From the NCBI GenBank assembly GCA_965243025.1, contig CBDETY010000003.1, positions 3,552,001-3,616,000 on the forward strand: 64,000 bases of DNA, read 5' to 3'. The translations under genes were made by a program, and so were the position numbers. Positions within the stretch are counted from its first letter, which is position 1; every line of letters starts with the position of its first letter. The notes beneath the pieces were generated by a model. That model did not search any database. It saw nothing but the letters and a program-made list of their open reading frames with translations, and was not told the DNA's origin. Below, piece after piece: positions 10,623 through 19,715 of the stretch. The stretch is from Candidatus Latescibacterota bacterium. Lineage in GTDB: Bacteria > Latescibacterota > UBA2968 > UBA8231.

Positions 10623-11978
10623 ATGCCGCATACCGGCGCATCCGCCTCCTCCGGGGCTGAGCAGCGGCGAGCCGATGCCTGCGAAATCTTCGCGGCGGCG
10701 GTAGCGGCGGCCGACCCCCGCCGGTGCGTGCTCGAGGCGTTGCGTGTCGATGGCGAACGACTCCTCGTCGGGGGCAGGTCTTACGACCTGGCCCGGTTCA
10801 CCGAAATACTGGTGATCGGAGCCGGCAAGGCGACCCCGGCGATGGCCGCCGCGGTGGAAGAACGCCTCGGGGACCGCATCACCGCGGGGGCGATCAACAC
10901 CAAGTACGGGCACGCGGTACCTCTCGAGCGCATCGAGACGACGGAAGCCGGGCACCCGCTGCCCGACGAAGCCGGCGTCGCCGGAACCCTGAAAATGCTG
11001 GAGCTCGCCGGCCGCTGCGGCGACTCGACCCTGCTCCTGTGTCTCTTCTCCGGCGGCGGATCGGCCCTGATGCCCGCTCCGGTTCCGGAGATATCCCTTG
11101 CCGAGAAGCAGCAGACGACCCGGGAACTGTTGGCCTGCGGCGCGGCCATCGGCGAGATAAACGCGGTTCGCAAGCACCTGTCCCGCGTCAAGGGGGGACG
11201 GCTCGCCCGTCTGTCGCACCCCGCCCCGACCGTGTCCCTGATGATCTCCGACGTCATCGGGGACCGGCTCGACACCATCGCATCGGGGCCGACCTACCCC
11301 GACTCGACCTCCTTTTCCGACTGCGACGCGATCTTCTCGCGCTACGGAATCGAGTCCCGGATTCCCCGGGCGGTTCTATCCTGTATCGAAGAGGGCCGGC
11401 TGGGGAATACAGCGGATACTCCCGGGGTCGGAGAGGACTGTTTCCGCAACACCCTCAATCTGGTGGTCGGGAACAACAGTCTCGCTGTCGGGGCGGCGGA
11501 GCGGAAGGCGCGCGAACTGGGTTACGAGCCGCTCGTGCTGTCCTCCCGGATCGCCGGCGAAACCCGGGAAGCGGCAGGGGTTCACGTCGCCATTGCCGAA
11601 GAGGCGGCCGCCGCCGGCAACCCGGTGTCCCCGCCCGCCTGCATCATCAGCGGCGGGGAAACCACGGTCGCGGTCAGGGGCACGGGAAAGGGGGGGCGCA
11701 ACCAGGAGTTCGCCCTCTCAGCGGCCCTGCTGCTGGACGGCAGCGAAGCGATCACGGTCCTGAGCGGGGGCACCGACGGCACCGACGGGCCTACCGATGC
11801 CGCCGGGGCGGTCTGTGACGGCCGCACCGCCGCCCGCGCCCGCGACCTCGGACTCGACCCCGCCGGCTTTCTCGACAACAACGACTCCTACCACTTCTTC
11901 CGGCCGCTCGGCGACCTTCTGATGACCGGGCCGACGGGCACCAATGTGATGGATCTGCGTCTAATGCTGGTCAGCTGA
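10623..11978 (+). CDS. gckA: Glycerate 2-kinase (GckA/TtuD, DUF4147 + MOFRL)
   Basis: GAGKA, AGHPLPD, SGGGSAL, INAVRKHLSRVKGGRLA, SDVIGD...IASGP, GGETTV, GKGGRNQE, GTDGTDGPT, TGPTGTNVMD. Confidence 0.93.
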   Translation: MPHTGASASSGAEQRRADACEIFAAAVAAADPRRCVLEALRVDGERLLVGGRSYDLARFTEILVIGAGKATPAMAAAVEERLGDRITAGAINTKYGHAVPLERIETTEAGHPLPDEAGVAGTLKMLELAGRCGDSTLLLCLFSGGGSALMPAPVPEISLAEKQQTTRELLACGAAIGEINAVRKHLSRVKGGRLARLSHPAPTVSLMISDVIGDRLDTIASGPTYPDSTSFSDCDAIFSRYGIESRIPRAVLSCIEEGRLGNTADTPGVGEDCFRNTLNLVVGNNSLAVGAAERKARELGYEPLVLSSRIAGETREAAGVHVAIAEEAAAAGNPVSPPACIISGGETTVAVRGTGKGGRNQEFALSAALLLDGSEAITVLSGGTDGTDGPTDAAGAVCDGRTAARARDLGLDPAGFLDNNDSYHFFRPLGDLLMTGPTGTNVMDLRLMLVS

Positions 11979-12031
11979 TCCGTCGCCGGCTTTCTTGACC
12001 CTCTCCGGGGGCCCTCATACACTTTTTTGCA

Positions 12032-12961
12032 ATGAAATTCTCCTCGATACTGCTCGCCGCCGGGATTGTGCTCCTTGGCCGCGAGCCGGTCCCCGCGGCA
12101 ACAGGGTTTGCCGGCGAGTTTCTCGCAGTCGGAGCCGGAGCTCGGGCCCTCGCCCTCGGGGGGGCCGGCCTGACCCTGGTCGACGACGCCACCGCCGGCT
12201 ACTGGAACCCCGCCGCCCTGACCGGCCTCGAACGCAGCGCCCACCTGATGCACTCGGAGCGCTACGGCGGCCTGGTATCCCACGATTTCGCCGCCGTCAA
12301 CGTCGAGCGCTTTCTCCTCTTCGACGGTTTCTCCGTCGGCATCCTGCGGCTGTCCGTCGGCGACATCCCCTTCACGGCGCTGCCCGATCCCGGGGCTCCT
12401 CCCAGCGCCGACAACCGGCCGTTGGTCTCCTCCACGGAAGTCAGTTCCGACTACGCCCTGTACCTTTCGGGGAGCCGCCGCGCCTCCGACCGCCTCGATC
12501 TCGGAGCGAGCGTGAAGGTCGTGTACAGAAGCGTGGCGAGCTTCAGCGCCTACGGAGCCGGGCTCGACCTCGGAGCGCGTTTCCGCCTGACTCCCGGGGT
12601 AGCGATCGCCGCGGTCCTGCGCGACGCCACGACCTCGCCGATTTCCTGGAACACCGGAACCAGCGACCGCGTCCGGCCTTCCCTGCTCCTCGCCGCCGGA
12701 ATCACCCGGACCGTGGGGCGCGGCCAGGCCAATCTGGCGCTCGGGGCCGCCAGCGGCGGCGACGCTTCCGGCGAGGCGGTCCCGATGCTTGTGGGAGCCG
12801 AGTACGACCTCGGCAAGCTCGCCCTGAGAGCGGGTCTCCAGGAGGAGCGCCAGGCTTACGGTATCGGCATCAGGGCGCACGACATGCTGCGCCTGGATCT
12901 CGCCTATCAGCAGCACGATCTCGAGGCGACCTACGTCTTCTCCGCGACCACGGACTTCTGA
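12032..12961 (+). CDS. PorV/PorQ (UPF0164/FadL-like) family outer-membrane barrel
   Basis: Signal peptide; EFLAVGAGARALALGGA...DDATAGYWNPAAL motif; GAGLDLGA; C-terminal Phe. Confidence 0.85.
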   Translation: MKFSSILLAAGIVLLGREPVPAATGFAGEFLAVGAGARALALGGAGLTLVDDATAGYWNPAALTGLERSAHLMHSERYGGLVSHDFAAVNVERFLLFDGFSVGILRLSVGDIPFTALPDPGAPPSADNRPLVSSTEVSSDYALYLSGSRRASDRLDLGASVKVVYRSVASFSAYGAGLDLGARFRLTPGVAIAAVLRDATTSPISWNTGTSDRVRPSLLLAAGITRTVGRGQANLALGAASGGDASGEAVPMLVGAEYDLGKLALRAGLQEERQAYGIGIRAHDMLRLDLAYQQHDLEATYVFSATTDF

Positions 12962-13908
12962 GCGCGCAAGCCAACGATTCCCCGCCCCCGTCCGGCGCCG
13001 CGCGCTGCGGCTACGTCGCCCTCGTCGGGCGGCCGAACGCCGGCAAATCGACCCTGTTCAACGCCTTCCTCGGACAGCGGCTGTCGATCGTCACCTCGAA
13101 GGCCCAGACGACGCGCTGCAGCATTCGCGGCATCCTCAGCCGTCCCGAAAGCCAGGTGATCTTCCTCGATACTCCCGGCCTGCTGGAGCCGAGCTCCCGC
13201 CTGCACGAGACCATGGGACGCCAGATCGACCGTTCGGCCCGCGACGCCGACGTGATCCTGCTGGTGGTCGACGCATCGCGGCCCCGCAACCGCGTCGACC
13301 TTGTCCGATCCTTCCTGGAACGATCCAGGACGCCGGTGGTGGCGGCGCTCAACAAGATCGATACGATCCCGGAGGGTTCCCGCGACCGGATTGGCGCCGC
13401 GGTCGCCGGCGACCTCGGACTCGACCGCCTGCGTGCGGTTTCAGCAGCCACCGGAGAGAACGTCCACCCGCTGCTGACCGAACTCGAAGCGGCGCTGCCG
13501 CTGGGGGCCAGGCTCTACCCGGACGAGGTCATCGCCGACCAGCCGGAGCGGTTCTTCGCCGGCGAGCTGGTCCGCGAGGCGGCGTTCGAACAGCTTTCAG
13601 AGGAACTGCCGTACTCGATCGCCGTCGACGTCGATGACTTCCGCGACCCCGGGACGGGGGGACCCGGCCAGGAGGATGCCCGGGGGCGGAAGAAGACCTA
13701 CGTAAGCGCGGTTCTCTACGTCGACCGGGAGAGCCAGAAGGGGATCGTCATCGGGCGCGGGGGGAGCATGCTCAAGCGGATCGGCAGCCGCGCCCGGGCG
13801 GGGATCGAGGATCTGCTCGACCGCGAGGTGTACCTCGATCTGCGGGTCAAGGTGCGCCGCGACTGGCGCAACCGCGACCGCGACCTCAAGGAGTTCGGAT
13901 ACGTTTAA
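12958..13908 (+). CDS. era: GTPase Era (probable CTG start overlapping the upstream TGA)
   Basis: G1 GRPNAGKS, G2 KAQTTR, G3 DTPG, G4 NKID, SA.TG, EELPYS, KH domain SQKGIVIG.GG.MLK.IG..AR. No ATG/GTG/TTG in frame between the porV-like stop and G1. Confidence 0.95.
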   Translation: MSAQANDSPPPSGAARCGYVALVGRPNAGKSTLFNAFLGQRLSIVTSKAQTTRCSIRGILSRPESQVIFLDTPGLLEPSSRLHETMGRQIDRSARDADVILLVVDASRPRNRVDLVRSFLERSRTPVVAALNKIDTIPEGSRDRIGAAVAGDLGLDRLRAVSAATGENVHPLLTELEAALPLGARLYPDEVIADQPERFFAGELVREAAFEQLSEELPYSIAVDVDDFRDPGTGGPGQEDARGRKKTYVSAVLYVDRESQKGIVIGRGGSMLKRIGSRARAGIEDLLDREVYLDLRVKVRRDWRNRDRDLKEFGYV

Positions 13909-13949
13909 ACGGGCAGGCCTCCTGCCCCCAATCACGAGGAGACCGCTGC

Positions 13950-15266
13950 ATGAAGGTGTTGATCGTTGGCAAAGGCGGACGGGAGCACGCCCTCGCCTGG
14001 AAGATCGCCAGGAGTCCGCTCGTATCGGAAATCCACGCGGCGCCAGGAAGCCCAGGGATGGCGGCGCTGGCGACCTGCCTCCCCGACATTCGAGTCGACA
14101 CCCCTTCCTCCGACATGGAGAGGCTGCGCTCCGAGATCCTCCGGCTGCGCGACTTCGCATCCGAACAGCGGATCGACCTGACCGTCGTCGGTCCCGAGGA
14201 CGCCCTCGCCGGCGGTCTCGTCGACGAGTTCAACGCCGCGGGACTGCCGGTGTTCGGCCCGACCGCCGCGGCGGCCCGCATCGAGACCGACAAGAGATTC
14301 TCGAAAGAGCTGATGGCCCGGATCGGAGTGCCGACCGCCGCCCACCGCACCTTCACCGACAGCGGGGAAGCGATCGCTTACGTCGAGGCGCGGGGAACGC
14401 CGATCGTCGTAAAGGCTACCGGCCTGGCCGCGGGAAAGGGCGTTGCCGTCTGCCACCGGCAGGAGGAGGCGGTCGCTGCCGTGCGGGAGCGCATGGTCGA
14501 CCGGCAGTTCGGCGACGCCGGCTCCGAGGTCGTCATCGAGGATTTCATGGAGGGGGAAGAGGCCTCGCTGTTTGCGGTCACCGACGGCCACGGTTTCATC
14601 AGCCTCGTTTCCGCCCAGGATCACAAGCCGATCTTCGAGGGGGACCGGGGGCCGAATACCGGAGGCATGGGATCCTACGCCCCGGCCCCCGTTATGACCG
14701 CGGCGATGACCGCCCGCGTCGAAGCGGAAATCGTGGCGCCGGTGCTGGGCGAGATGGCCCGCCTCGGCTGTCCCTTCCGGGGGGTGCTTTTCGTCGGCCT
14801 CATGATAGTGGAAGGCCGGCCCGAGGTAGTGGAGTTCAACTGCCGTTTCGGCGATCCCGAGGCCCAGGTCGTCCTGCCCCTGCTCGAGTCCGACCTCGTG
14901 GAGCTGTTGCTGGCTTCCGCTCAGGGAGACATCGGCAAGGTCCGCGGCGGCGTGCGCACCGGGGACGGGGCTGCTGTCTGCGTCGTGCTCGCCTCCGAAG
15001 GCTACCCGGGATCCTACGAAACCGGGAAGGAAATCTGCGGCCTCGACCGGTTCGACGGCCGGGAGGATGTGGTCGCCTTCCACGCCGGCACCGAGCTGGC
15101 CGGGGGGAAGCTGCTGACTGCGGGAGGACGGGTTCTCGGCGTCACTGCGCTCGCTCCCGGAGTTGCCGCCGCCGTCGGCAAGGCGTACGAGGCGGTCGAT
15201 GCGGTTTCCTTCGAAGGGAAGTACTGCCGCCGCGACATCGGCCACCGGGCGCTCGGCCGGTTGTAG
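13950..15266 (+). CDS. purD: Phosphoribosylamine--glycine ligase
   Basis: MKVLIVG.GGREHALAW, VVGPE, KA.GLAAGKGV, QDHK...GD.GPNTGGMG.Y, EFNCRFGDPE.Q, FHAGT, T.GGRVL, R.DIG. Confidence 0.98.
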   Translation: MKVLIVGKGGREHALAWKIARSPLVSEIHAAPGSPGMAALATCLPDIRVDTPSSDMERLRSEILRLRDFASEQRIDLTVVGPEDALAGGLVDEFNAAGLPVFGPTAAAARIETDKRFSKELMARIGVPTAAHRTFTDSGEAIAYVEARGTPIVVKATGLAAGKGVAVCHRQEEAVAAVRERMVDRQFGDAGSEVVIEDFMEGEEASLFAVTDGHGFISLVSAQDHKPIFEGDRGPNTGGMGSYAPAPVMTAAMTARVEAEIVAPVLGEMARLGCPFRGVLFVGLMIVEGRPEVVEFNCRFGDPEAQVVLPLLESDLVELLLASAQGDIGKVRGGVRTGDGAAVCVVLASEGYPGSYETGKEICGLDRFDGREDVVAFHAGTELAGGKLLTAGGRVLGVTALAPGVAAAVGKAYEAVDAVSFEGKYCRRDIGHRALGRL

Positions 15267-15271
15267 GCGGC

Positions 15272-15536
15272 CTACTTCGAAACGCCGACTTCGAGGCGCT
15301 GGTTGGCCGGCACGTCAGTGAGAAGGCGTTTATGGCCGCCCGGCCAGAGAACCTCGAGCGTATCTACTGATGAATGGTGCCTCAACCCGAACCAGGCGGC
15401 CGGTTCGCCTTCCGACAGGTAGCTCTTGCCGGCGCTGATCTGCCGGAATTGAGACCTTCCTCCGGTGACGACCCGCAGGCGCACGCCGACGTTGTCGTAC
15501 CGGCCACTCACTCCACGGGGCTCGACCAGCAGCCGT
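15272..15536 (-). pseudogene. C-terminal ASPIC/UnbV domain remnant of a CRTAC1-like FG-GAP protein
   Basis: LLVEPRGVSGRYDNVGVRLRV.TGG..Q.RQI.AG.SYLS......FGL....VD.LEV.WP.G matches the ASPIC/UnbV pattern. No upstream propeller or signal peptide. Confidence 0.65.
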
Positions 15537-15540
15537 CGGG

Positions 15541-16902
15541 GAAGGTGACGAAGGGGACTACATCGTCCTCCATGGAACCGTCCTCCACGATCCCGCGGAC
15601 GACCTCTACAAAATCTGGTACATGGGCGCCCAGGGTTATCACTACGCCGCCAGCAGGGACGGCCTGACCTGGGAGAAACCGGACCTCGGTGTCTTCGCAG
15701 ACCGCCGTCGCCCCGACAATGCGGTTTTCCGGGGGGCCTGGCCGCAGCAGTACGCCGCGCACGAGGTGATCATCCAGGGCGTTTCTGTCATCCTCGACGA
15801 ACACGCCCCGGTTCCGCATGAGCGCTTCAAGCTCTTCACATTCTGCACGGCTCCCGCGCACGTGCAGGAGAAGCTCGGCGGGCGCTGCGAATACGGCTAT
15901 TACACCGCCACCTCGGCCGACGGCATCCACTGGTGTTGCGCCGATGCGCCGGTGCTCTCCAAACGCGGCAACGACCCGCGCATGAGCGATTGCAACACCT
16001 GCATGTACGATCCCCTCGGCAACCGCTTCATCGCCTTCACGAAGCGCCATATCCCCCGCGGCGACGGCACGGGCGACCAGGATATACACCACCGCGCCCG
16101 CGGCGTTTCCTTCAGTGAAGACTTCGTCAAGTGGAGCAACCCCGTCACCTGTCTGTACGCGGACGAATTCGATCCGGCGGACATGCAGCTCTACCGCCAG
16201 AACGGCTGGGCCTACGAGGGCATGTACCTGGGCTTGGTCGAGCCCTACTACAGCTCCCGCCACAACCCGACCATGCCGATGTGCCGCGACACCCAGCTCG
16301 TCTCCAGCCGAGACGGCGAGCACTGGTTCCGGGCGGGCAACCGGAAGACGTTCATACCGATCGGCGGGCCTGGAACATGGGACGCGTTCATGATAGATAC
16401 CCCTTCCAACGGCCCTTTCGCAAAGGGCGACGAGCTGTGGTTCTATTACGGCGGCCGCCGGAAGCACCACAATTTCCAGGAGGGCTTTTTTGCGACCGGA
16501 GACGACGAGGAGCGGGCGGCTATCGGACTGGCGACCCTGCGGCGGGACGGCTTCGTGTCGTATGATGCGGGCGACGAGACGGGGGTGCTGAGGACGAGGC
16601 CGGTCATCTTTCCAGCAGGTCGCCAACTGCGCGTCAATGTCGATGCCTCACGCGGTTCGCTTCAGGTTGAAATCATCACCGTCACTGAGGACCCCGACGC
16701 CCAGCTGCTGGATTGGGGCATCCGCTACGGAGAGCCGCTTGCCGGGTTCGACCTCCCGTCGACCCTGCCCCTGACAGCCGACTCGACCGACTGCCCCGTG
16801 CGGTGGACTCACGGCACCGACATTTCCGGGCTCGGCGGTCGCCTTCTCGCCTTTCGATTCCACCTTCGCAACGCCTCGCTCTACGGTTTCTGGATCGACT
16901 GA
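15541..16902 (+). CDS. Five-bladed beta-propeller glycoside-hydrolase-like protein (GH32/43/130 clan-like), probably 5'-truncated (first ATG 15622)
   Basis: Asp-box repeats S.DG.(T/H)W (SRDGLTWEKP, SADGIHW, SEDFVKW, SRDGEHW), YEGMYLG, ELWFYYGG, IGLATLRRDGFVS, L.VN.DA. Family-like text (GTVLHDPADDLYKIWYM) continues upstream of the first ATG without a start codon. Confidence 0.75.
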   Translation, partial: EGDEGDYIVLHGTVLHDPADDLYKIWYMGAQGYHYAASRDGLTWEKPDLGVFADRRRPDNAVFRGAWPQQYAAHEVIIQGVSVILDEHAPVPHERFKLFTFCTAPAHVQEKLGGRCEYGYYTATSADGIHWCCADAPVLSKRGNDPRMSDCNTCMYDPLGNRFIAFTKRHIPRGDGTGDQDIHHRARGVSFSEDFVKWSNPVTCLYADEFDPADMQLYRQNGWAYEGMYLGLVEPYYSSRHNPTMPMCRDTQLVSSRDGEHWFRAGNRKTFIPIGGPGTWDAFMIDTPSNGPFAKGDELWFYYGGRRKHHNFQEGFFATGDDEERAAIGLATLRRDGFVSYDAGDETGVLRTRPVIFPAGRQLRVNVDASRGSLQVEIITVTEDPDAQLLDWGIRYGEPLAGFDLPSTLPLTADSTDCPVRWTHGTDISGLGGRLLAFRFHLRNASLYGFWID

Positions 16903-16934
16903 AAGAGAACTTCGAAGCGCTGCCGGCCGGAATG

Positions 16935-17070
16935 GTTTGACAATTCCAGCGGAAGGGTTTCAATTGACATCCGTTTGTTTGACTTGCCAAACTTTTGATT
17001 GGTTGTATATTCATGCGGTTGCCTTTCCAATCGTATATTTGGCATGCAAATCAAATGATTGGCAAAGACT
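16935..17070 (+). promoter_or_regulatory. AT-rich promoter/operator region of the porin-imelysin-DHOR operon
   Basis: TTGCCA-16-TATATT (16984-17011). Nested inverted repeats TTGCCAA/TTGGCAA and TTTGATT/AATCAAA, plus ATTTG-GCATG-CAAAT. Confidence 0.5.
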
Positions 17071-17201
17071 ACCGGAGCTGGAAACTGCACTCCCGCCCCC
17101 CGGGACGCCTGCCAGATTCCCTGGCGGGAAAACGCGGGATTGCCCCGGCTCCCCGGTATGGGACTCTTGCCCGCCGACTGCCCTGACAAAGGACCGCAGG
17201 G

Positions 17202-17348
17202 ATGAATGTCATTACGGAAAACACCCGCCGATGGACAGCCGTTTACCGCTGTGATGCCGGCGGTATCCACCCGGTGTACCAGAACGTCAACATCGGCATG
17301 ACATGCTCGGAATTCCTCGTCCTGAACCGGAGCCTCCAGAAGGTATGA
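17202..17348 (+). CDS. 48-aa small protein leading the operon (not in ORF track)
   Basis: MNVITENTRRWTAVYRCDAGGIHPVYQNVNIGMTCSEFLVLNRSLQKV. Upstream AAAGGA, and ATGA overlap with the porin start. Confidence 0.6.
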   Translation: MNVITENTRRWTAVYRCDAGGIHPVYQNVNIGMTCSEFLVLNRSLQKV

Positions 17349-18574
17349 GAACCCGGGTCGCCGCCACCGCCTGCTTCCTGTTCGCCGCGCCGCTGCTTGC
17401 GGCCCCCGGGGAGACGCCGTTGCGGCTGAGCGGCTACGGGGAGATCAACTACTGGCGCTTCGATTACGGCCCCGACCAGAAGAGCCTCCCCGAGGGTTCG
17501 GCTCCCGACAACCGCGCCCTGATCGACGTCACCAGGCTCGCCCTGGAATTCGAGGCGGAGCTGCTGCCCCGCCTTGAGCTGGAAGCGGAAGTGGAGTTCG
17601 AGCACGGGGGGACCGGGGGCGCCCTCGAGCTGGAGTACGAGGAGTTCGGCGAGTTCGAGCAGGAGGTCGGGAAAGGGGGCGAGGTGATCCTGGAGGAGCT
17701 GTACGTCAAGCGCTCCTTCGGCGACGACCTCGCCCTCAGCGCCGGCCACTTCTACGTCGCCGTCGGCCTGCTCTCCAGCCGCTACCACCCACTCGATTTC
17801 TACGGCACCGTGCGCTCGGAGGCGGAAACGTCGATGATCCCCGCCTTGTGGCACGAGACCGGGATCGAGGCGTCCGGCCGGACTCGGGGCTGGCGCTGGC
17901 GCCTGCAGGTGATCAACGGACTGGACGCCACCGGGTTCAGCTCCCAGAGGTGGGTTGCCGGCGGACATCAGCTGCGTTTCGAGCAGGTCAGGGCCGACGG
18001 CCTCGCCCTCGCAGGCCGGGTCGATTACGAGCCGGCCCCGGGAACCCTGATCGGCGCCTCCCTCTACCGGGGCGACAGCGCCGGAAACCGCCCCAAACCG
18101 GACATGAAGGGGACCTCCGCTCACGTCACCATCTCCGACATCCACGCCCACTTCACGGGCAGGCGTCTGCGCGCCCGCGGCCTGTTCCTCTACGGGCATC
18201 TCGAAAACGCCGCGGCTGTCAGCGCCCGCAACCGCACCCTTTCCAACAATCTCGACGTGCTGCGCAGCCCCGTGGCAAGCGCCGCGAACGCCCTCTACCT
18301 CGAGGCGGGCTGCGATATCCTGCCCTGGCTTGCCGCCCGGCCGGGGGAGCGGCTCGACCTGTTCGTCCGCTACGACGACTACGACACCATGGCCGAGGTG
18401 CCGGACGGGTTCTTCGACAATCCCCGTTTCGACCGTCGGGTTTACACGGTCGGCTTCAACTACGCCGTCGCGGGCAAGGTCGTGGTCAAGGCCGATTACG
18501 CCATGCGCCGGCTCGGTGCGGCGCGCTTCAATGACGAAAACACCCTTGGACTGGCACTCGGATTCCAGTTCTGA
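17345..18574 (+). CDS. Outer-membrane porin (OprO/OprP-like, imelysin-associated)
   Basis: Signal peptide; LSGYGE, E.EFEHGG.G...E.EYEEFGEFE.EV.KGGEV.LE, IP..WHETG; terminal LGFQF. Confidence 0.85.
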   Translation: MRTRVAATACFLFAAPLLAAPGETPLRLSGYGEINYWRFDYGPDQKSLPEGSAPDNRALIDVTRLALEFEAELLPRLELEAEVEFEHGGTGGALELEYEEFGEFEQEVGKGGEVILEELYVKRSFGDDLALSAGHFYVAVGLLSSRYHPLDFYGTVRSEAETSMIPALWHETGIEASGRTRGWRWRLQVINGLDATGFSSQRWVAGGHQLRFEQVRADGLALAGRVDYEPAPGTLIGASLYRGDSAGNRPKPDMKGTSAHVTISDIHAHFTGRRLRARGLFLYGHLENAAAVSARNRTLSNNLDVLRSPVASAANALYLEAGCDILPWLAARPGERLDLFVRYDDYDTMAEVPDGFFDNPRFDRRVYTVGFNYAVAGKVVVKADYAMRRLGAARFNDENTLGLALGFQF

Positions 18575-18610
18575 AGGTGGTTCATTCACCCTGTAACCGG
18601 AGAGACTCCC

Positions 18611-19684
18611 ATGTTGCACCGCTCCAGACTCCTCCTTGCCTTGCTGGCGTCCGCGCTCGTTTTCACAGCCTGCGGAGACGACGACAAAAGCCTCACCGGC
18701 CCCGGCGGCGAATCGTACGACTTCGGACCGATCCTCGAGGATTTCGCCAACAACGTCGTCATCCCCACCTACCGCGACCTGGATGCCGCCGCGGCAACGC
18801 TGGCAGCCGCCGTGGCCGCCCTGCGGGACAACCCGACCGACGCCACCCTTGAAGCGGCGCGCGACGCCTGGGTCGCCGCCCGCGTCCCCTGGGAGGCGAG
18901 CGAAGGCTTTCTTTTCGGACCCGTAGACTTCAACGGCTACGACCCCGCCCTCGACAGCTGGCCCGTCAACCGCACCGACCTCGACGGAGTGATGGCCAGC
19001 GACAACGACCTCGGCGCCGAGTACGTCAACGGCCTGGACGGGACCTTGAAGGGGTTCCATACCATCGAGTACCTGCTGTTCGACGAGGGGGGCAGCAAGA
19101 CCCCGGCGGACTTCACCGAGCGCCAGTTCGACTACCTCGTCGCCAGCACCCGCGTCCTCGAGCAGACGGCCTCCGACCTGCACGACAGCTGGATTCCCTC
19201 GGGCGGCAACTTCGTCTCCAAGGTCGTCGGGGCCGGCAGCGGAAGCGACATCTACCCCTCCCAGCGGTCCGCGGTCCAGGAAATCGTCAACGGCATGATC
19301 GGCATCTGCGACGAGGTGGCCAACGGCAAGATCGCCGACCCCTTCAGCGAGCAGGATCCGCGGCTCGTGGAATCCCAGTTCAGCTTCAACTCCCTCGAGG
19401 ACTTCCAGAACAACATGCGCAGCGTCCGGAACGCCTACACCGGGGACTACCACGGCAGCGAGGGGACCGGCCTCGACGAATTCGTCGCCCTGCGCAACGC
19501 CGACCTCGACAGCCGGCTGAAGAGGGAGGTCGAGGCCGCCATCGACGAGATCGGCAGGATCAGCAACCCCTTCCGGGACGCCATCGCCAGCGACGCCGAC
19601 CAGATCGAGAAGGCGCAGCAGGCGATAGCCAGGGTGCAGCAGACCCTGGAGGAGGACGTCCTTACCCTGGTGCTCGGACAGTAA
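18611..19684 (+). CDS. Imelysin (peptidase M75/IrpA-like) iron-regulated lipoprotein
   Basis: Lipobox FTAC; ARDAW..AR.PWE.SE.F.FGP, LDSWP, GFH.IEYLL (GxHxxE), ESQFS.NS..DF.NN. Confidence 0.92.
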   Translation: MLHRSRLLLALLASALVFTACGDDDKSLTGPGGESYDFGPILEDFANNVVIPTYRDLDAAAATLAAAVAALRDNPTDATLEAARDAWVAARVPWEASEGFLFGPVDFNGYDPALDSWPVNRTDLDGVMASDNDLGAEYVNGLDGTLKGFHTIEYLLFDEGGSKTPADFTERQFDYLVASTRVLEQTASDLHDSWIPSGGNFVSKVVGAGSGSDIYPSQRSAVQEIVNGMIGICDEVANGKIADPFSEQDPRLVESQFSFNSLEDFQNNMRSVRNAYTGDYHGSEGTGLDEFVALRNADLDSRLKREVEAAIDEIGRISNPFRDAIASDADQIEKAQQAIARVQQTLEEDVLTLVLGQ

Positions 19685-19715
19685 GGGCACGGAGTCGGGC
19701 AGGGGCACGCGTGAC

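Noticed and set aside
11995-12957. Long N-terminal extension of Era
   Set aside because: Arg/Pro-rich alternative frame fully overlapping the PorV-like gene.
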